64,000 nucleotides of DNA from Nannocystis sp. ILAH1 (lineage in GTDB: Bacteria > Myxococcota_A > Polyangia > Nannocystales > Nannocystaceae), in NCBI RefSeq assembly GCF_026626585.1, contig NZ_JAPNKD010000014.1, positions 285,207 through 349,206 of the forward strand. Reading direction: 5' to 3'. The notes beneath the pieces were generated by a model. It did not search any database. It was not told where the DNA came from and saw only the letters and a program-made list of their open reading frames with translations. The position numbers and the translations under genes are program-made. Of this stretch, positions 1-12,571 are shown piece by piece; positions within the stretch are counted from its first letter, which is position 1, and every line of letters starts with the position of its first letter.

Positions 1-867
1 TGCGAGGGCTGCGGCGCGCAGGCGATGCTGGCCGGACAGGCCGGTCGTTGCGCGTTCTGTGGCGCGCCGGTGGTGATGGACGTGAAGGAGCTCGGCGAGA
101 TCGTGCCGCCGGAGTCGCTGCTGCCGTTCGGCATCGACGGGCCGAAGGCCCGCGAGGCGTTCCAGCAGTGGGTCCGCAAGCTGTGGTTCGCGCCGAACGA
201 CCTGAAGCGGCTGGCGCAGGTCCACGGGATCGACGGGGTCTACCTGCCGTACTGGACCTACGACTCGCAGACGACGACGCGCTACAAGGGGCTGCGCGGC
301 GATCACTACTACGTGACCGAGTCGTACACCGACGCGCAGGGCAACCGGCAGACGCGGCAGGTGCAGAAGACGCGCTGGCGCCCGGCGAGCGGGACGGTCC
401 ACGTCGGCTTCGACGACGTGCTGGTGTGCGCGTCGCAGTCGCTGCCGCGGCCGCTGATCGAGAAGCTCGAGCCGTGGGACCTCCACAACCTGCGCGGCTT
501 CGAGGCCGGCTACCTCAGCGGCTTCATCGCCGAGCGCTACCGGATCGGGCTCGAGGACGGGTTCCAGGTCGCCGACGAGCGCATGCAGCCGGACATCCGT
601 TCGGCCATCCGCAGCGACATCGGCGGCGACGTGCAGCAGATCCTGTCGATGCAGGTCCGCCACGCGGACGTGAAGTGCAAGCACGTGCTCCTGCCGCTGT
701 GGATCTCGAGCTTCCGCTACAAGGAGAAGGTGTTCCGCTTCATCGTCAACGCCCGCACCGGCGAGGTCGCGGGCGAGCGGCCGTGGAGCGTGGTCAAGAT
801 CGTGCTGACGGTCCTGCTGGTGGCCGCGGTGATCGCGGCGATCGTGGTGATCGCAAAGTCGCGCTGA
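1..867 (+). CDS. Hypothetical zinc-ribbon protein with C-terminal transmembrane helix (5' end truncated by window edge)
   Basis: The reading frame is open from nt 1. It has CxxC...CxxC (CEGCGAQA...CAFCGAP) at the N-terminus and a hydrophobic tail (VVKIVLTVLLVAAVIAAIVVIA). Amino-acid composition is diverse. No family assigned. Confidence 0.6.
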   Translation, partial: CEGCGAQAMLAGQAGRCAFCGAPVVMDVKELGEIVPPESLLPFGIDGPKAREAFQQWVRKLWFAPNDLKRLAQVHGIDGVYLPYWTYDSQTTTRYKGLRGDHYYVTESYTDAQGNRQTRQVQKTRWRPASGTVHVGFDDVLVCASQSLPRPLIEKLEPWDLHNLRGFEAGYLSGFIAERYRIGLEDGFQVADERMQPDIRSAIRSDIGGDVQQILSMQVRHADVKCKHVLLPLWISSFRYKEKVFRFIVNARTGEVAGERPWSVVKIVLTVLLVAAVIAAIVVIAKSR

Positions 868-879
868 GGTCGGCGCCTG

Positions 880-960
880 CGGGCATGCCCGCAAGGACAG
901 GCTCGAGGACACATGTCCGCTAGAACATGTGCCAGGACACCTGTCCGCAAGGTCATGCGA
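880..960. repeat. Cluster of GGACA-N(0-2)-TGTCC palindromic elements in a convergent 3' intergenic region
   Basis: gggcatgccc, ggacacatgtcc, gaacatgtgcc and ggacacctgtcc lie within 80 bp. They belong to the window-wide palindrome family. Confidence 0.6.
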
Positions 961-1819
961 GTGGCGAGCGGTACCAGGCGTCGACGAGCGGACGGATGGC
1001 CGCGAGGATGTCGTCGTGGTGCGCGCCGTGCGAGGCGACCAAACCATTGTCGTGGCCGAGCCGACGCGGGTCGTAGATCAGTGGATGGCCCCACAGGTCG
1101 GTGATGACGCCGCCGACGGCGCGTAGCAGGGCCCACGGCGCGCAGGTGTCCCACAGCTTGGTGCCGCTGCGCGGGTGGACGTAAAGGTCGGCCTCGCCGC
1201 GGGCGATGGTGCCCACCTTCACGCCGACGGAGCCGAGTCGGAGGTTGCGCTCCGGCGGGATGCCGAGCACCTGCATGACCTCGAGGGTCTTCGGGGAGGC
1301 GTGACTCAGGCTGCTGACGAGGCGTAGCTCGGCGAGCGAGCGACCGCTGGCACGCAGCGGGGTGGCCGCGCCGCTGTCGTCGAGGACGAACGCCTCGCGC
1401 CGATCGGGCGTGCAGATGCCCCACGAGAGGCGCGCCGCGCCGGCCTCGTAGACCACGCCGAGGACGGGTTCGCCGCCGATGCAGAGGCCGATCTGGATCG
1501 CCCAGCAGCTCTCGCCGCGGGCGTACTCGGCGGTGCCGTCGATCGGGTCGACGTACCAGCAGCGCGAGACGTCGGCGGCTGCGGCGGCGTCGTCGGCGGA
1601 CTCCTCGGCGACGACCGCGTCGCCAGGGAAGGCCGCGCGCAGCGCAGCGACCAGGCGCGCGTTGATCTCGGTGTCCGCACGAGTGACCGGGCCAGCGTCG
1701 TCAGGCTTGTCCTGGGCCTGCATGACGTCGGCACCACCTGTCTGATAGGCCAGGGCGATGGCGCCGGCCTCGCGGGCGAGCGAGAGGACGAGTCGGAGCT
1801 CGGGGTCGAAAGTGGCCAC
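953..1819 (-). CDS. Inositol monophosphatase family protein (CysQ-like 3'(2'),5'-bisphosphate nucleotidase)
   Basis: It has the family motif WYVDPIDGT, metal-binding acidic residues (EESADD) and a 288 aa length typical of IMPase/CysQ. Confidence 0.8.
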   Translation of the reverse strand: MATFDPELRLVLSLAREAGAIALAYQTGGADVMQAQDKPDDAGPVTRADTEINARLVAALRAAFPGDAVVAEESADDAAAAADVSRCWYVDPIDGTAEYARGESCWAIQIGLCIGGEPVLGVVYEAGAARLSWGICTPDRREAFVLDDSGAATPLRASGRSLAELRLVSSLSHASPKTLEVMQVLGIPPERNLRLGSVGVKVGTIARGEADLYVHPRSGTKLWDTCAPWALLRAVGGVITDLWGHPLIYDPRRLGHDNGLVASHGAHHDDILAAIRPLVDAWYRSPLA

Positions 1820-2091
1820 GCGGGGAACTCTTTCCGGCGCCCTCGGGCGCTCTCTGAAGGGGGTGGCGAGATCTCACTGAGGACGCGGCCGGGACCGGGT
1901 CATCAGGGTTCGCCTGACATGTCGTGTAATATCGAATAACCTGGCGACAAAACAGCGGAAATCAGCCATCCCCCGAGGCTGGCATTTTTCTAGCTGAACG
2001 TCATTTTTGGGGGTTACGAACCTTGTTCCAAGTTGCGCCTCCGGCGAAATCCAAGGTTCCGTCAGGCAAAAAAACCTGCTAGTCATGAGGA
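1820..2091. promoter_or_regulatory. Divergent promoter region (cysQ-like / tetR) with lower GC and inverted repeats (aaccttg...caaggtt)
   Basis: This AT-richer stretch sits between divergently oriented genes. The inverted repeat AACCTTG(N30)CAAGGTT lies just upstream of the TetR start and is a candidate operator. Confidence 0.35.
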
Positions 2092-2703
2092 ATGTCACGT
2101 GTTCAGCGAGCAGGCCTACGACAGGGAATCATCCAAACCAGCCTCGAGATCGGGAGCGAGCGGGGTGAAGAAGGACTGACGATGCGCGGCATCGCGGCCC
2201 GCCTCGGAGTCAGCGCCACGGCGCTCTATCAGCACTTCGAGAGTAAATCGAAGATCCTCCGCGAGATCCGGATCTACGGGGCCGAACTGCTGCAGAGCGA
2301 GGTATTGGAGCCCGCAGCATCGACCGAGGACCCGGCCGAGCGCCTCGTCAACGCCGGCCGCAACTATGTGCAATTCGCCAAGTCGCACAAGTGGCTGTAC
2401 TCGGTGATGATGGGTAACGAGCAGATCGATTGGTCGCAGCACAACACCGAGGAGGTGGACCTGCTGCTGCGCCCGCTCAAGACGTTCCAGGGCTGGCTGG
2501 AGGAGGGCGCGGAGCGCGGCTGCTGGCGCGGCGACGTCGACCTGTCGCTCGCCTCGTTCCGTATCTGGATGTCGCTCCACGGGCTCTGCACGATGCTGCT
2601 GTCGGGGCGCATCAGCGAGGCGCATCCGGCGTTCCCGCGCAAGGACGAGCAGAGCTTCGTCGACGAGTTCATCGACTCGATGATCGCCTGTCTCAAGCCC
2701 TGA
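2092..2703 (+). CDS. TetR/AcrR family transcriptional regulator
   Basis: The N-terminal HTH (TMRGIAARLGVSATALYQHFESK) is typical of the TetR_N family. Length is 203 aa. Confidence 0.85.
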   Translation: MSRVQRAGLRQGIIQTSLEIGSERGEEGLTMRGIAARLGVSATALYQHFESKSKILREIRIYGAELLQSEVLEPAASTEDPAERLVNAGRNYVQFAKSHKWLYSVMMGNEQIDWSQHNTEEVDLLLRPLKTFQGWLEEGAERGCWRGDVDLSLASFRIWMSLHGLCTMLLSGRISEAHPAFPRKDEQSFVDEFIDSMIACLKP

Positions 2704-2708
2704 ACGGG

Positions 2709-3560
2709 CTAAGCCGGCACGAAACACGCCCCGATGCTCTCGAACCCGGGCGCGGGGCTCGGAAACAGCGGTTCACACAGGGAGGGCGACGCGCACTGCG
2801 CGTCGCCCTCGTTCGTGGCGCAGGTCGAGGTGCAGCAGCTGCTCGAGCCGCAATTCGGCACCAGCGCCCCCGGCATGCACACGTACGTGGGGGCGCAGCC
2901 GCGGCCGTTGAACTCCGAGCAATTGGTGCCCTCGGTGCCCATGTCGATGTCGAGCAGCATCTCGCAGACGAATCGATCGGAGCCCTGGCGGCAGCCGAGG
3001 CTCGGCGGACAGATGGCCACGAGAGGGTCACAGCTGTCCGCGCAGTAGGTCGTGCCGCTGAACGGACTGGTGACGCACAGGCCCGGGTCGCAGTCGATGT
3101 CGTTGCGGCAGATCGGGAAACACAGGCCGGAGGTCGGATCGTCCTGCGTCGGCGAGAGACACACGGTGCCGGCGCCGCACCCGTCCTGTCCGCTCTCGGG
3201 CGCAGGCACGCACGGCTCGAGCGGCAGGATCGCGCTGTCGTCGGGTACGCACTTGAAGTGGTTCTGCAGGCCGCCCTCGCTGACCGCGGTGCACTTCTGT
3301 CCTTCGGGACATGCGGGAGTTCCGGACGGTTCACAGTCGTAGACCGGGACGAGGTCCGGCGGCGGCTCGGGCGCTCCCGTGGTCGGCTGCGTGTCGCCCC
3401 CGCCGTTGGTGTCCGTGTCGCCCTCGTCGCCGCCCTGGTTGCCGGCGGTGTCGTCGTCGTCGTAGGGGACGCGCTGACATGCCCCGAGGGACAGGAACGC
3501 GAGGACAGAGACGAGCCGGGCGGCAGTGACGCCGGGGCCGCGGAGCTGCGCGTCGAACAT
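2709..3560 (-). CDS. Secreted Cys-rich lipoprotein (myxobacterial Cys-repeat type)
   Basis: The internal Met gives a signal peptide plus lipobox (VLAFLSLGAC). An Asp/Gly/Thr-rich linker follows, then more than 30 Cys in repeating CxxGxxC modules. Start is set at MFDAQ rather than the upstream Arg-rich extension. Confidence 0.7.
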   Translation of the reverse strand: MFDAQLRGPGVTAARLVSVLAFLSLGACQRVPYDDDDTAGNQGGDEGDTDTNGGGDTQPTTGAPEPPPDLVPVYDCEPSGTPACPEGQKCTAVSEGGLQNHFKCVPDDSAILPLEPCVPAPESGQDGCGAGTVCLSPTQDDPTSGLCFPICRNDIDCDPGLCVTSPFSGTTYCADSCDPLVAICPPSLGCRQGSDRFVCEMLLDIDMGTEGTNCSEFNGRGCAPTYVCMPGALVPNCGSSSCCTSTCATNEGDAQCASPSLCEPLFPSPAPGFESIGACFVPA

Positions 3561-4059
3561 GCGCTCACAGTAGCAGGTGCCCGCGCGCGCGGCCCGATGC
3601 GTGCCGGCGCGAGGGCATGGGGTCCGATCGCGGACCGATGTCGCGGTCGGTTCGCGGACTGATGTCCGGATGACGCCGCTGCAAGGAGTGCGGGTCGGGT
3701 GGTGCGTGGCTGGCCGCGCGGCGGACTGATGTCCGCGAGGTGTATCGCGATCGCAGCGCATGGGTTCGCCGGACTTGTGTCCGATGCGAGCGCGACGCAC
3801 GAGCTCGTCGGACTTTTGTCCGAAGCGAGCGCGGCGCTCGGAGCCCATCGCGGCGCTCGTCATGCATCGGGGTCGGCTCGCGCGCCGGCTTCGGGCGCGG
3901 CGCGACAGGTCGTACACGAGGCCCGCAAATCGGGTGATACGTGACGCTGGCGCGAGGAGTAGGAGGCGAGGCGTTCACGCGATCGATCGAGCCTCGAACG
4001 AGAGCCCGAGGCGCTCGAGGCGGGCCGAGCGGGCGAGCATCGATCGAGAACTCGGTGCG

Positions 4060-4580
4060 CTCGAGCGAGCGTCGTCGATGACGATGCGCGGTCGAGTGAG
4101 TCGCTATGAGGACGATGCGCTCGTGGGTGTGCGGACGAGACGATGCGCTCGCGCTCGCGTGAGCGGCGATGAAAGGCGAGTGCTCGAGCTCGAGTGGAGA
4201 GCTCTCGAGCTTGAGTGAGTGGCGATGAGAGCTCGCGCTCGCGCCCGAGTGGCGATGAGCGCTCGCGCTCGCGCGCTCAGCGTGCGTCGACGAGGAAGGT
4301 GTGCTCGCGCCGGAGTGAGTGGCGATGAAGGCGTTGTGCTCGCGCGGTCGAGCGAGCGCCGAAGCGGACGATGCGCCCGCGCGTCCAACGAGCGTCGACG
4401 AGGGCCTGCGCTCGCGCGGTCGAGCGAGCGTCGACGAGGTTGATGCGCCCGCGCGTCCAGCGAGTGTCGGAGAGGGCTTGCGCTCGCGCGTCGAGCGGGC
4501 GTCGATGAGGGCGTTGCCTCGCGCGGTCGAGCGAGCGTCGGCGAGCGTTCGCGCGTCGGCCAGACGAGCGCTCCGAGCGA
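4060..4580. repeat. Degenerate tandem repeat array (about 35-36 bp unit; core GCGCTCGCGCGGTCGAGCGAGCGTCGACGAGG)
   Basis: At least 10 imperfect head-to-tail copies are visible directly. They sit in a 1 kb intergenic gap. All units resemble each other, so there are no unique spacers. Confidence 0.6.
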
Positions 4581-4617
4581 CGGCGCGTGGCCCAGGCTCT
4601 GGGCTTGCGAGCGGTCG

Positions 4618-5103
4618 CTACAGGGCGGCGGTTCGCAGGTCGGCGATGGCGGTCGTGCAGGCGTGGACGAGGGCGCGGGCGTGGTCGAGGCCCTGCTGCG
4701 CCGCCTGGTTGGGGCCGCGGTGGAGCTGGACGAGGACCTCGGTGCCGGCGGAACCGGCGGTGATGGCGACGGGGATCGCCATGAGCGCGCGCGCGGCCTC
4801 GGCGGCCCGGGCTTCGAGCGGGACCTGGTTCTCGGGGCCGCTGTCGCCGAGCAGGCGCAGGTGGTCGACATAGCTGCGGCCCCAGCGTGACTCGGCCGCG
4901 GCGAGGGCGTCCGGGGTGCCCTGGGCGCGCGCCCAGGCGACCAGGACGGCGTTGAGGGCCATCCCGGCGGCCCGGCGGGCGTGGGTGAGGGCGGTGCGGC
5001 GGACGGCGACGTGGTCGGCGCCAGCCTCGAGCTCGCTCAGGGCGGACCGCATCCAGGCGTCCGCGTCGAGGCGCCACAGCCAGTGGGCCTCGGCCTCCGT
5101 CAT
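4618..5103 (-). CDS. HEPN-domain protein (SAV_6107-like), Rx4H motif
   Basis: The 162 aa helical protein carries RRTALTH (Rx4-6H HEPN signature). Its start ATG overlaps the stop of the upstream lipoprotein gene (ATGA). Confidence 0.6.
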   Translation of the reverse strand: MTEAEAHWLWRLDADAWMRSALSELEAGADHVAVRRTALTHARRAAGMALNAVLVAWARAQGTPDALAAAESRWGRSYVDHLRLLGDSGPENQVPLEARAAEAARALMAIPVAITAGSAGTEVLVQLHRGPNQAAQQGLDHARALVHACTTAIADLRTAAL

Positions 5104-5720
5104 CCCGACGAGCTCCCGGAGCTGGTCGAGCTGGTCGAGTCGGTGGTCGAGCCCGTGGTCGTCGTCGTCGAGTCGGTCGAGGTGCTCGTGGTGGACGAGT
5201 CCGTGGTGCTCGAGGTCGTGGTCGTGTCGGTCGTCGACGTGGTGGTCGTGTCCGTGGTCGACGAGGTGGTCGTGGTGTCGGTGGCGGTGCCGTCGGTCGC
5301 CGTGCCGTCGGTCGCCGTGCCGTCGGTGGCGGTGCCGTCGGTGGTCGTGCCGGTCATCGACGAGGCGGTGGCCGAGCCGTCGGTCGGGCCGCTCGCGCTC
5401 TCGCTGAGGCTGTTGCTGCCCGGGCCGGCGATGTCGCGCTTGGACGGGAGGTCGTCGCGGATCGGCATGTCGGGCAGGCCGGGGCCGGCGGAGTCGGTGT
5501 CGACGCTCTCGGAGACGACGCACTGGCCGATGACGCCCGGCTTGAAGCAGGCGTCGCCCGACAGGATCTTCTCGCCCTCGGCGTAACACTCGAGGCCGAT
5601 GCCGCAGTCGCTCGCGCAGCGGCACGGGTCGCCGGCCTTGGGCCGACAGCCCGCGAGCGCGAACAGCATGGCCAGGGCGACGCCGGAGGCGAAGGTCTGG
5701 CGCGGACGGGGCAGCGTCAC
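5100..5720 (-). CDS. Lipoprotein with Cys motif and Thr-rich C-terminal low-complexity tail
   Basis: It has a GTG start, signal peptide plus lipobox (LFALAGC), a CxxDCGxGLEC module, then (TATDG)n / Thr-Ser-rich repeats. Confidence 0.6.
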   Translation of the reverse strand: MTLPRPRQTFASGVALAMLFALAGCRPKAGDPCRCASDCGIGLECYAEGEKILSGDACFKPGVIGQCVVSESVDTDSAGPGLPDMPIRDDLPSKRDIAGPGSNSLSESASGPTDGSATASSMTGTTTDGTATDGTATDGTATDGTATDTTTTSSTTDTTTTSTTDTTTTSSTTDSSTTSTSTDSTTTTTGSTTDSTSSTSSGSSSG

Positions 5721-6201
5721 GAGATGGCCTTGTATTCGACGCGGACGACCTCGTACTCGCGGTCGCCCTTGGGCAGCTTGACCAGGACCTCGTCGCCGAC
5801 GCGCTTGCCGAGCATCGCCCGGGCGATCGGGGCGCCGAGCGAGATCTTGCCGTGGGTGGCGTCGGACTCGTCCTCGCCGACGATCTGGTAGACGACCTTC
5901 TGGTCGTTCTCGAGGTCGAGCATCGTCACCGTGGCGCCGAAGGTGACCTTGTTCTCCTTGACGGTCTCGGGGTCGATGACCTGGGCCATGCCGATCCGCG
6001 ACTCGAGGTAGCGCATGCGGCCGTCGAGCTGGGCCTGGCGCTCCTTGGCGGCGTGGTACTCGGCGTTCTCGCGCAGGTCGCCGTGGCCGAGCGCGGTCTC
6101 GATGTCTCGGACGTTCTCGGGCCGATCGACTTCCTTGATCTGCTTGAGCTCAGCGCGCAGCTTGGCGTACCCGGCGGGGGTCATCGGGATCTTCTGCTCG
6201 G

Positions 6202-6205
<4 letters not shown>
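5717..6205 (-). CDS. greA: Transcription elongation factor GreA
   Basis: The product is 162 aa. GreA hallmarks are present: [23 protein letters not shown], and a C-terminal FKBP-like domain ([18 protein letters not shown]). Its start overlaps the carB stop (ATGA). Confidence 0.9.
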
Positions 6206-9456
<3,251 letters not shown>

Positions 9457-9463
9457 GGCTTTA

Positions 9464-10195
9464 TCAGCGCTCCTTGATGTGGGTGCCGTCGAAGGTGTGG
9501 TCGTTGCCGATGGCCTTGTTGATGACGTCGCGGTGGGCGCTGACGTCCCAGCCGAGGCGCGCGAGGCCGGTGAGGATCCGGGTGCGCAGGCGCAGCGAGT
9601 CCTCGGCCGGGTCGCCGAGGCGAGCGATCAGCGGGCCGAGCGAGCGCGGCTCGCCGATGTCGAGCAGCGCCTCGACCGCGAAGAAGCGCACGCCCTCGTC
9701 CGGGTCTTCGAGGTAGCCGGCGAGGATGTCGGGCACGCGCGCGTCGTCGATCTCCTGCAGGTGCGTGAGCAGCTGCAGCTTGGCGCTCGGGTCGCGCTCG
9801 TAGCCCGGCGGGTGGTGGGCCAGCAGCGCGTCCAGGATGTCCCACTCCTGCTGCTTGCTCGCCAGCTCCTCGACCACGCGCAAGACCCAGGCGATGTTGT
9901 CGCTCTGGAGGCAGAACTCCTTGGCCGCCGGCAGCACGGTGTCGAGCGGGAGGCCGAGCAGGCGCTTGTACAGCCAGCCCTTCTCCTCCTCGTCCTCGAT
10001 CGACTTGCTGGCGTTCATCGTGAACCGCTTCATCAGGCCGACGATCGCCGGGATCTCGGCCATCTCCAGCAGCTGCTCCATCGCGTAGTAGCGGTCGGCC
10101 GACTGCGCGTACTGGTTCTGGACGGTCTTGATGTGCTTGTCGAGCTTGCTCTTGCTGCGACCCGCGCTGCTGAAGAGGTCCTTGAGTCCCACGAT
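9464..10195 (-). CDS. HEAT-repeat (PBS-lyase type) protein
   Basis: Repeated HEAT-like units are present ([27 protein letters not shown]...). The start is ambiguous: GTG at 10195 has a GGGGA SD, with alternative ATGs at 10279 and 10339. Confidence 0.6.
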   Translation of the reverse strand: MVGLKDLFSSAGRSKSKLDKHIKTVQNQYAQSADRYYAMEQLLEMAEIPAIVGLMKRFTMNASKSIEDEEEKGWLYKRLLGLPLDTVLPAAKEFCLQSDNIAWVLRVVEELASKQQEWDILDALLAHHPPGYERDPSAKLQLLTHLQEIDDARVPDILAGYLEDPDEGVRFFAVEALLDIGEPRSLGPLIARLGDPAEDSLRLRTRILTGLARLGWDVSAHRDVINKAIGNDHTFDGTHIKER

Positions 10196-10437
10196 CGTCC
10201 CCGTGTCGCTGCGGGCCCGCGAGCCCGCGGTTAGCGGCCCGGTGGGCCGCGTAGCAAGAGCCCCGCGAGGGGGCTCCATGAGATCGGGCCAGAGGCGCCC
10301 GGGTGCAAGTGGCCCTGTGGGCCGTGAAGCAAAGTTCATGGCCCAGGGGGCCGGGAGGCTGGTGCGTGCGCCGTGAGGGCGAGGCGCCGTGAGGCAGGCC
10401 CGGCGCGTGCGGTGGGGCGGAGGCGCCGCCCGTGGCT

Positions 10438-10818
10438 TCAGGAGGTGGTGTCGCCGGTGTCGTCGCCGCCGGTGGAAGTTGCGCCGGTCGTGGTGGTCAC
10501 GCCCGTGGCGTCGGTCGCGCTGGCCGTGCCGTCGCTGTCGGTGCTGGTCCCGGTGGTCGTCTGCGCGGGCGGGGGCGGCGGATCGCCGGAGTTCGCGCCG
10601 GTGGCGCCGAGCTTGCACGCACCCACGGAGTCGTCGTCGGGCGTGTCCTCGCGGTGGCAGCAGCCGTCGATCCGGCACTCGTAGCCGGCCGGACACTCGG
10701 CCGCGTCGTCGGGCTCGCAGGAGAACTGCACCGGAGCGCTCGGCGCGTTGAAGCAGGCCGACAGCGCGGCGGACCCGAACAGCAGGCCGCACAACATGGC
10801 TTTCGCGACATGGCGCAT
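10438..10818 (-). CDS. Small secreted Cys-rich lipoprotein with Thr-rich tail
   Basis: It has a signal peptide plus lipobox (LLFGSAALSAC), six Cys in CEPDDAAECPAGYECRIDGCC, and an AGGA SD before the ATG. Confidence 0.55.
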   Translation of the reverse strand: MRHVAKAMLCGLLFGSAALSACFNAPSAPVQFSCEPDDAAECPAGYECRIDGCCHREDTPDDDSVGACKLGATGANSGDPPPPPAQTTTGTSTDSDGTASATDATGVTTTTGATSTGGDDTGDTTS

Positions 10819-10839
10819 GGGTCCTGTTCCTTCGGCCAT

Positions 10840-11589
10840 CTAGAAGCGCACCTGGAGCCCGCCGAGGCCGGCCTGCACGCGGGTGGGCCGGCGCTTGACG
10901 CGGTCGGCGATGAACAGGCCGATGGCGGCGGCGAGCACGACGCCGCCGGCGGCGAGGAAGCTGCGGGCGAGCACTGCGTCGCGGCGGCCGCGGGCGAGGA
11001 TGTCGTCGTACTCGCCCTTGACGTCGGCGTACTGCAGGGAGGCGCCGGTCTCCGGATCGAGCTGGGCGATGAGCCGCGCGGCCTTGTCCTCCTCGGTCTC
11101 GGCCAGGCCGGCGAACACGCCGCCGGTCGAGGCGAGGGCGAAGCCGCCGAACACACACCACCAGCCGGCCCGCTGCAGCGGCGGCAGACGCTCGGGCACG
11201 CCGTCGGCCGGCTTGTCGCGCAGGGCGGTGCCCTCGAGCTCGGCCTTGGCCCGCTTGGCCTCGGGGTCGGTGGTGGCCACGGTGCTGCCGAGACCTGCGC
11301 TTTGGGACACGTTGTTCGGCGGAGCCACCAGCTCGGCCTGCCCGGCCGGGGGCGGGGCGGTGACCGGCTGGGTCTGCGGGACAGGCTCCTTGCCGTCGGG
11401 GGCGGGGGGATCTTGCTTGCTCGCGTCCTGCGCAGGCGCGGGCTTGGACTCGGGCGTAGGCGCAGGCGCGGGGGCCGTGGCGGGGGCGCTCGGGCCCTGC
11501 GCGTGGACGGGCAGCGAGGCGCCGGCGACGGCGATGCCGACGACGAGGCCGAAGGCCCGCGCGGACATCGTGGTGAATCGTGCGCCCAT
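10840..11589 (-). CDS. Secreted Pro/Ala-rich protein with C-terminal membrane anchor
   Basis: It has a signal peptide (AFGLVVGIAVAGASLPVHAQG), a PAPAP-rich segment and a C-terminal TM (AAGGVVLAAAIGLFIA). It abuts the next gene with a 21-nt gap. Confidence 0.5.
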   Translation of the reverse strand: MGARFTTMSARAFGLVVGIAVAGASLPVHAQGPSAPATAPAPAPTPESKPAPAQDASKQDPPAPDGKEPVPQTQPVTAPPPAGQAELVAPPNNVSQSAGLGSTVATTDPEAKRAKAELEGTALRDKPADGVPERLPPLQRAGWWCVFGGFALASTGGVFAGLAETEEDKAARLIAQLDPETGASLQYADVKGEYDDILARGRRDAVLARSFLAAGGVVLAAAIGLFIADRVKRRPTRVQAGLGGLQVRF

Positions 11590-11735
11590 CGCCGGGCGGG
11601 ATTGTAGTCAGGTCGTCGGCGCGACGCTCGTGCGTTTCCGGCGCCCCTGCGCGGCCAGAACGTGTGACTTTTGCCACCGCTGCGGAAGCAGCGAACCGCG
11701 TCGGATCGGGCCGAGAGGTATCCACCATCCCTCGT

Positions 11736-12260
11736 ATGGCTCGCCTCCTTCGCGCCGCGCTCCTGCTCGCGCTCGCCGGCGGCTGCAAGCCGAACGGCGC
11801 GCTGGCCACGGACGTGGTCGACGTGACGCCGCCCTCCGGCGAGGTCTATCCGGAGGGGGTCAGCGACTTCACCGGCGAGTGGGTCGGCGAGAGCGCGGGC
11901 ATCTTCGGCACGCTGACGATCCAGCGGCTGGCGAGCGATCGCTACTACGGCCGCTTCACCAGCGAGGACGGGCTCATCCGCTACGTCGCCAACCTGCGCC
12001 AGATCCGGGCCACGCCGCCCGAAGGCGGGGCGATGCAGCCGAGCAACCTGGTGACGTTTCACTGGCAGGACGGCCGTGGCGGTCGCGGCGGCGGCTACGT
12101 GCTGATCAACCGCGAGAGCTCCGCGCTGACCGGCGAGATCCGCTACGGCGGGCTCGGTCCGCTGGACTTCGTCCGCACCGACGCGCCCGACATGGAGGCG
12201 CCGGCCGACGCAGAGACGGCCGAGGCGTTCGCCGACGAGCTCGACGAGCAGGCCGGCTGA
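11736..12260 (+). CDS. Lipoprotein, unknown function
   Basis: It has a signal peptide plus lipobox (LLLALAGGC), a diverse composition and an acidic C-terminus. Confidence 0.6.
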   Translation: MARLLRAALLLALAGGCKPNGALATDVVDVTPPSGEVYPEGVSDFTGEWVGESAGIFGTLTIQRLASDRYYGRFTSEDGLIRYVANLRQIRATPPEGGAMQPSNLVTFHWQDGRGGRGGGYVLINRESSALTGEIRYGGLGPLDFVRTDAPDMEAPADAETAEAFADELDEQAG

Positions 12261-12399
12261 GCGCAGCGATTAGCAGGTTGGCCGCGTGAGGCGTGCGGGC
12301 ACGACGGCCGTGGTGTTCCGTGGGGGCGTGACGCGGCGACGCGACCGAGGAGGCGCGCGAGGCGACGCGCGCGCCGGAGCGATGCAGGGGGCGATGGCA

Positions 12400-12560
12400 T
12401 GCGCTTGAGAACATGCTCTCTTGGGCATGTTCGATAAGACATGCTTGATGAGGCATGGTTCATCGGACATGCCTGAATGGACATGCCATCCGGTGCGCGG
12501 AGCAGGCTGCGCCGGGTGAAAAAAGAGGCCGTGCCGAGGCGTGGTCCAGAGGACATGCCC
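12400..12560. repeat. Cluster of more than 8 GACATG/CATGTC palindrome-family elements
   Basis: gagaacatgctctc, gggcatgttcg, agacatgctt, ggacatgcctgaatggacatgccatcc and ggacatgcccgaacggacag lie within 160 bp of intergenic DNA. Confidence 0.55.
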
Positions 12561-12571
12561 GAACGGACAGA

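Noticed and set aside
1874-2098. 74 aa minus-strand ORF in the cysQ-like/tetR divergent promoter
   Set aside because: It overlaps the promoter and TetR start, has an AT-skewed codon usage unlike the neighbouring genes, and no support.
4060-4580. Possible CRISPR array (regular short repeats in non-coding DNA); same consideration for 45850..46370
   Set aside because: All units, including the would-be spacers, are similar to each other and degenerate. There are no identical repeats with unique spacers and no cas genes in the window.
4319-4873. ORF encoding repeating 22-aa peptide through the tandem array
   Set aside because: It has no plausible start or RBS, and it runs antisense into the HEPN gene. 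The periodicity is a DNA-level repeat artefact.
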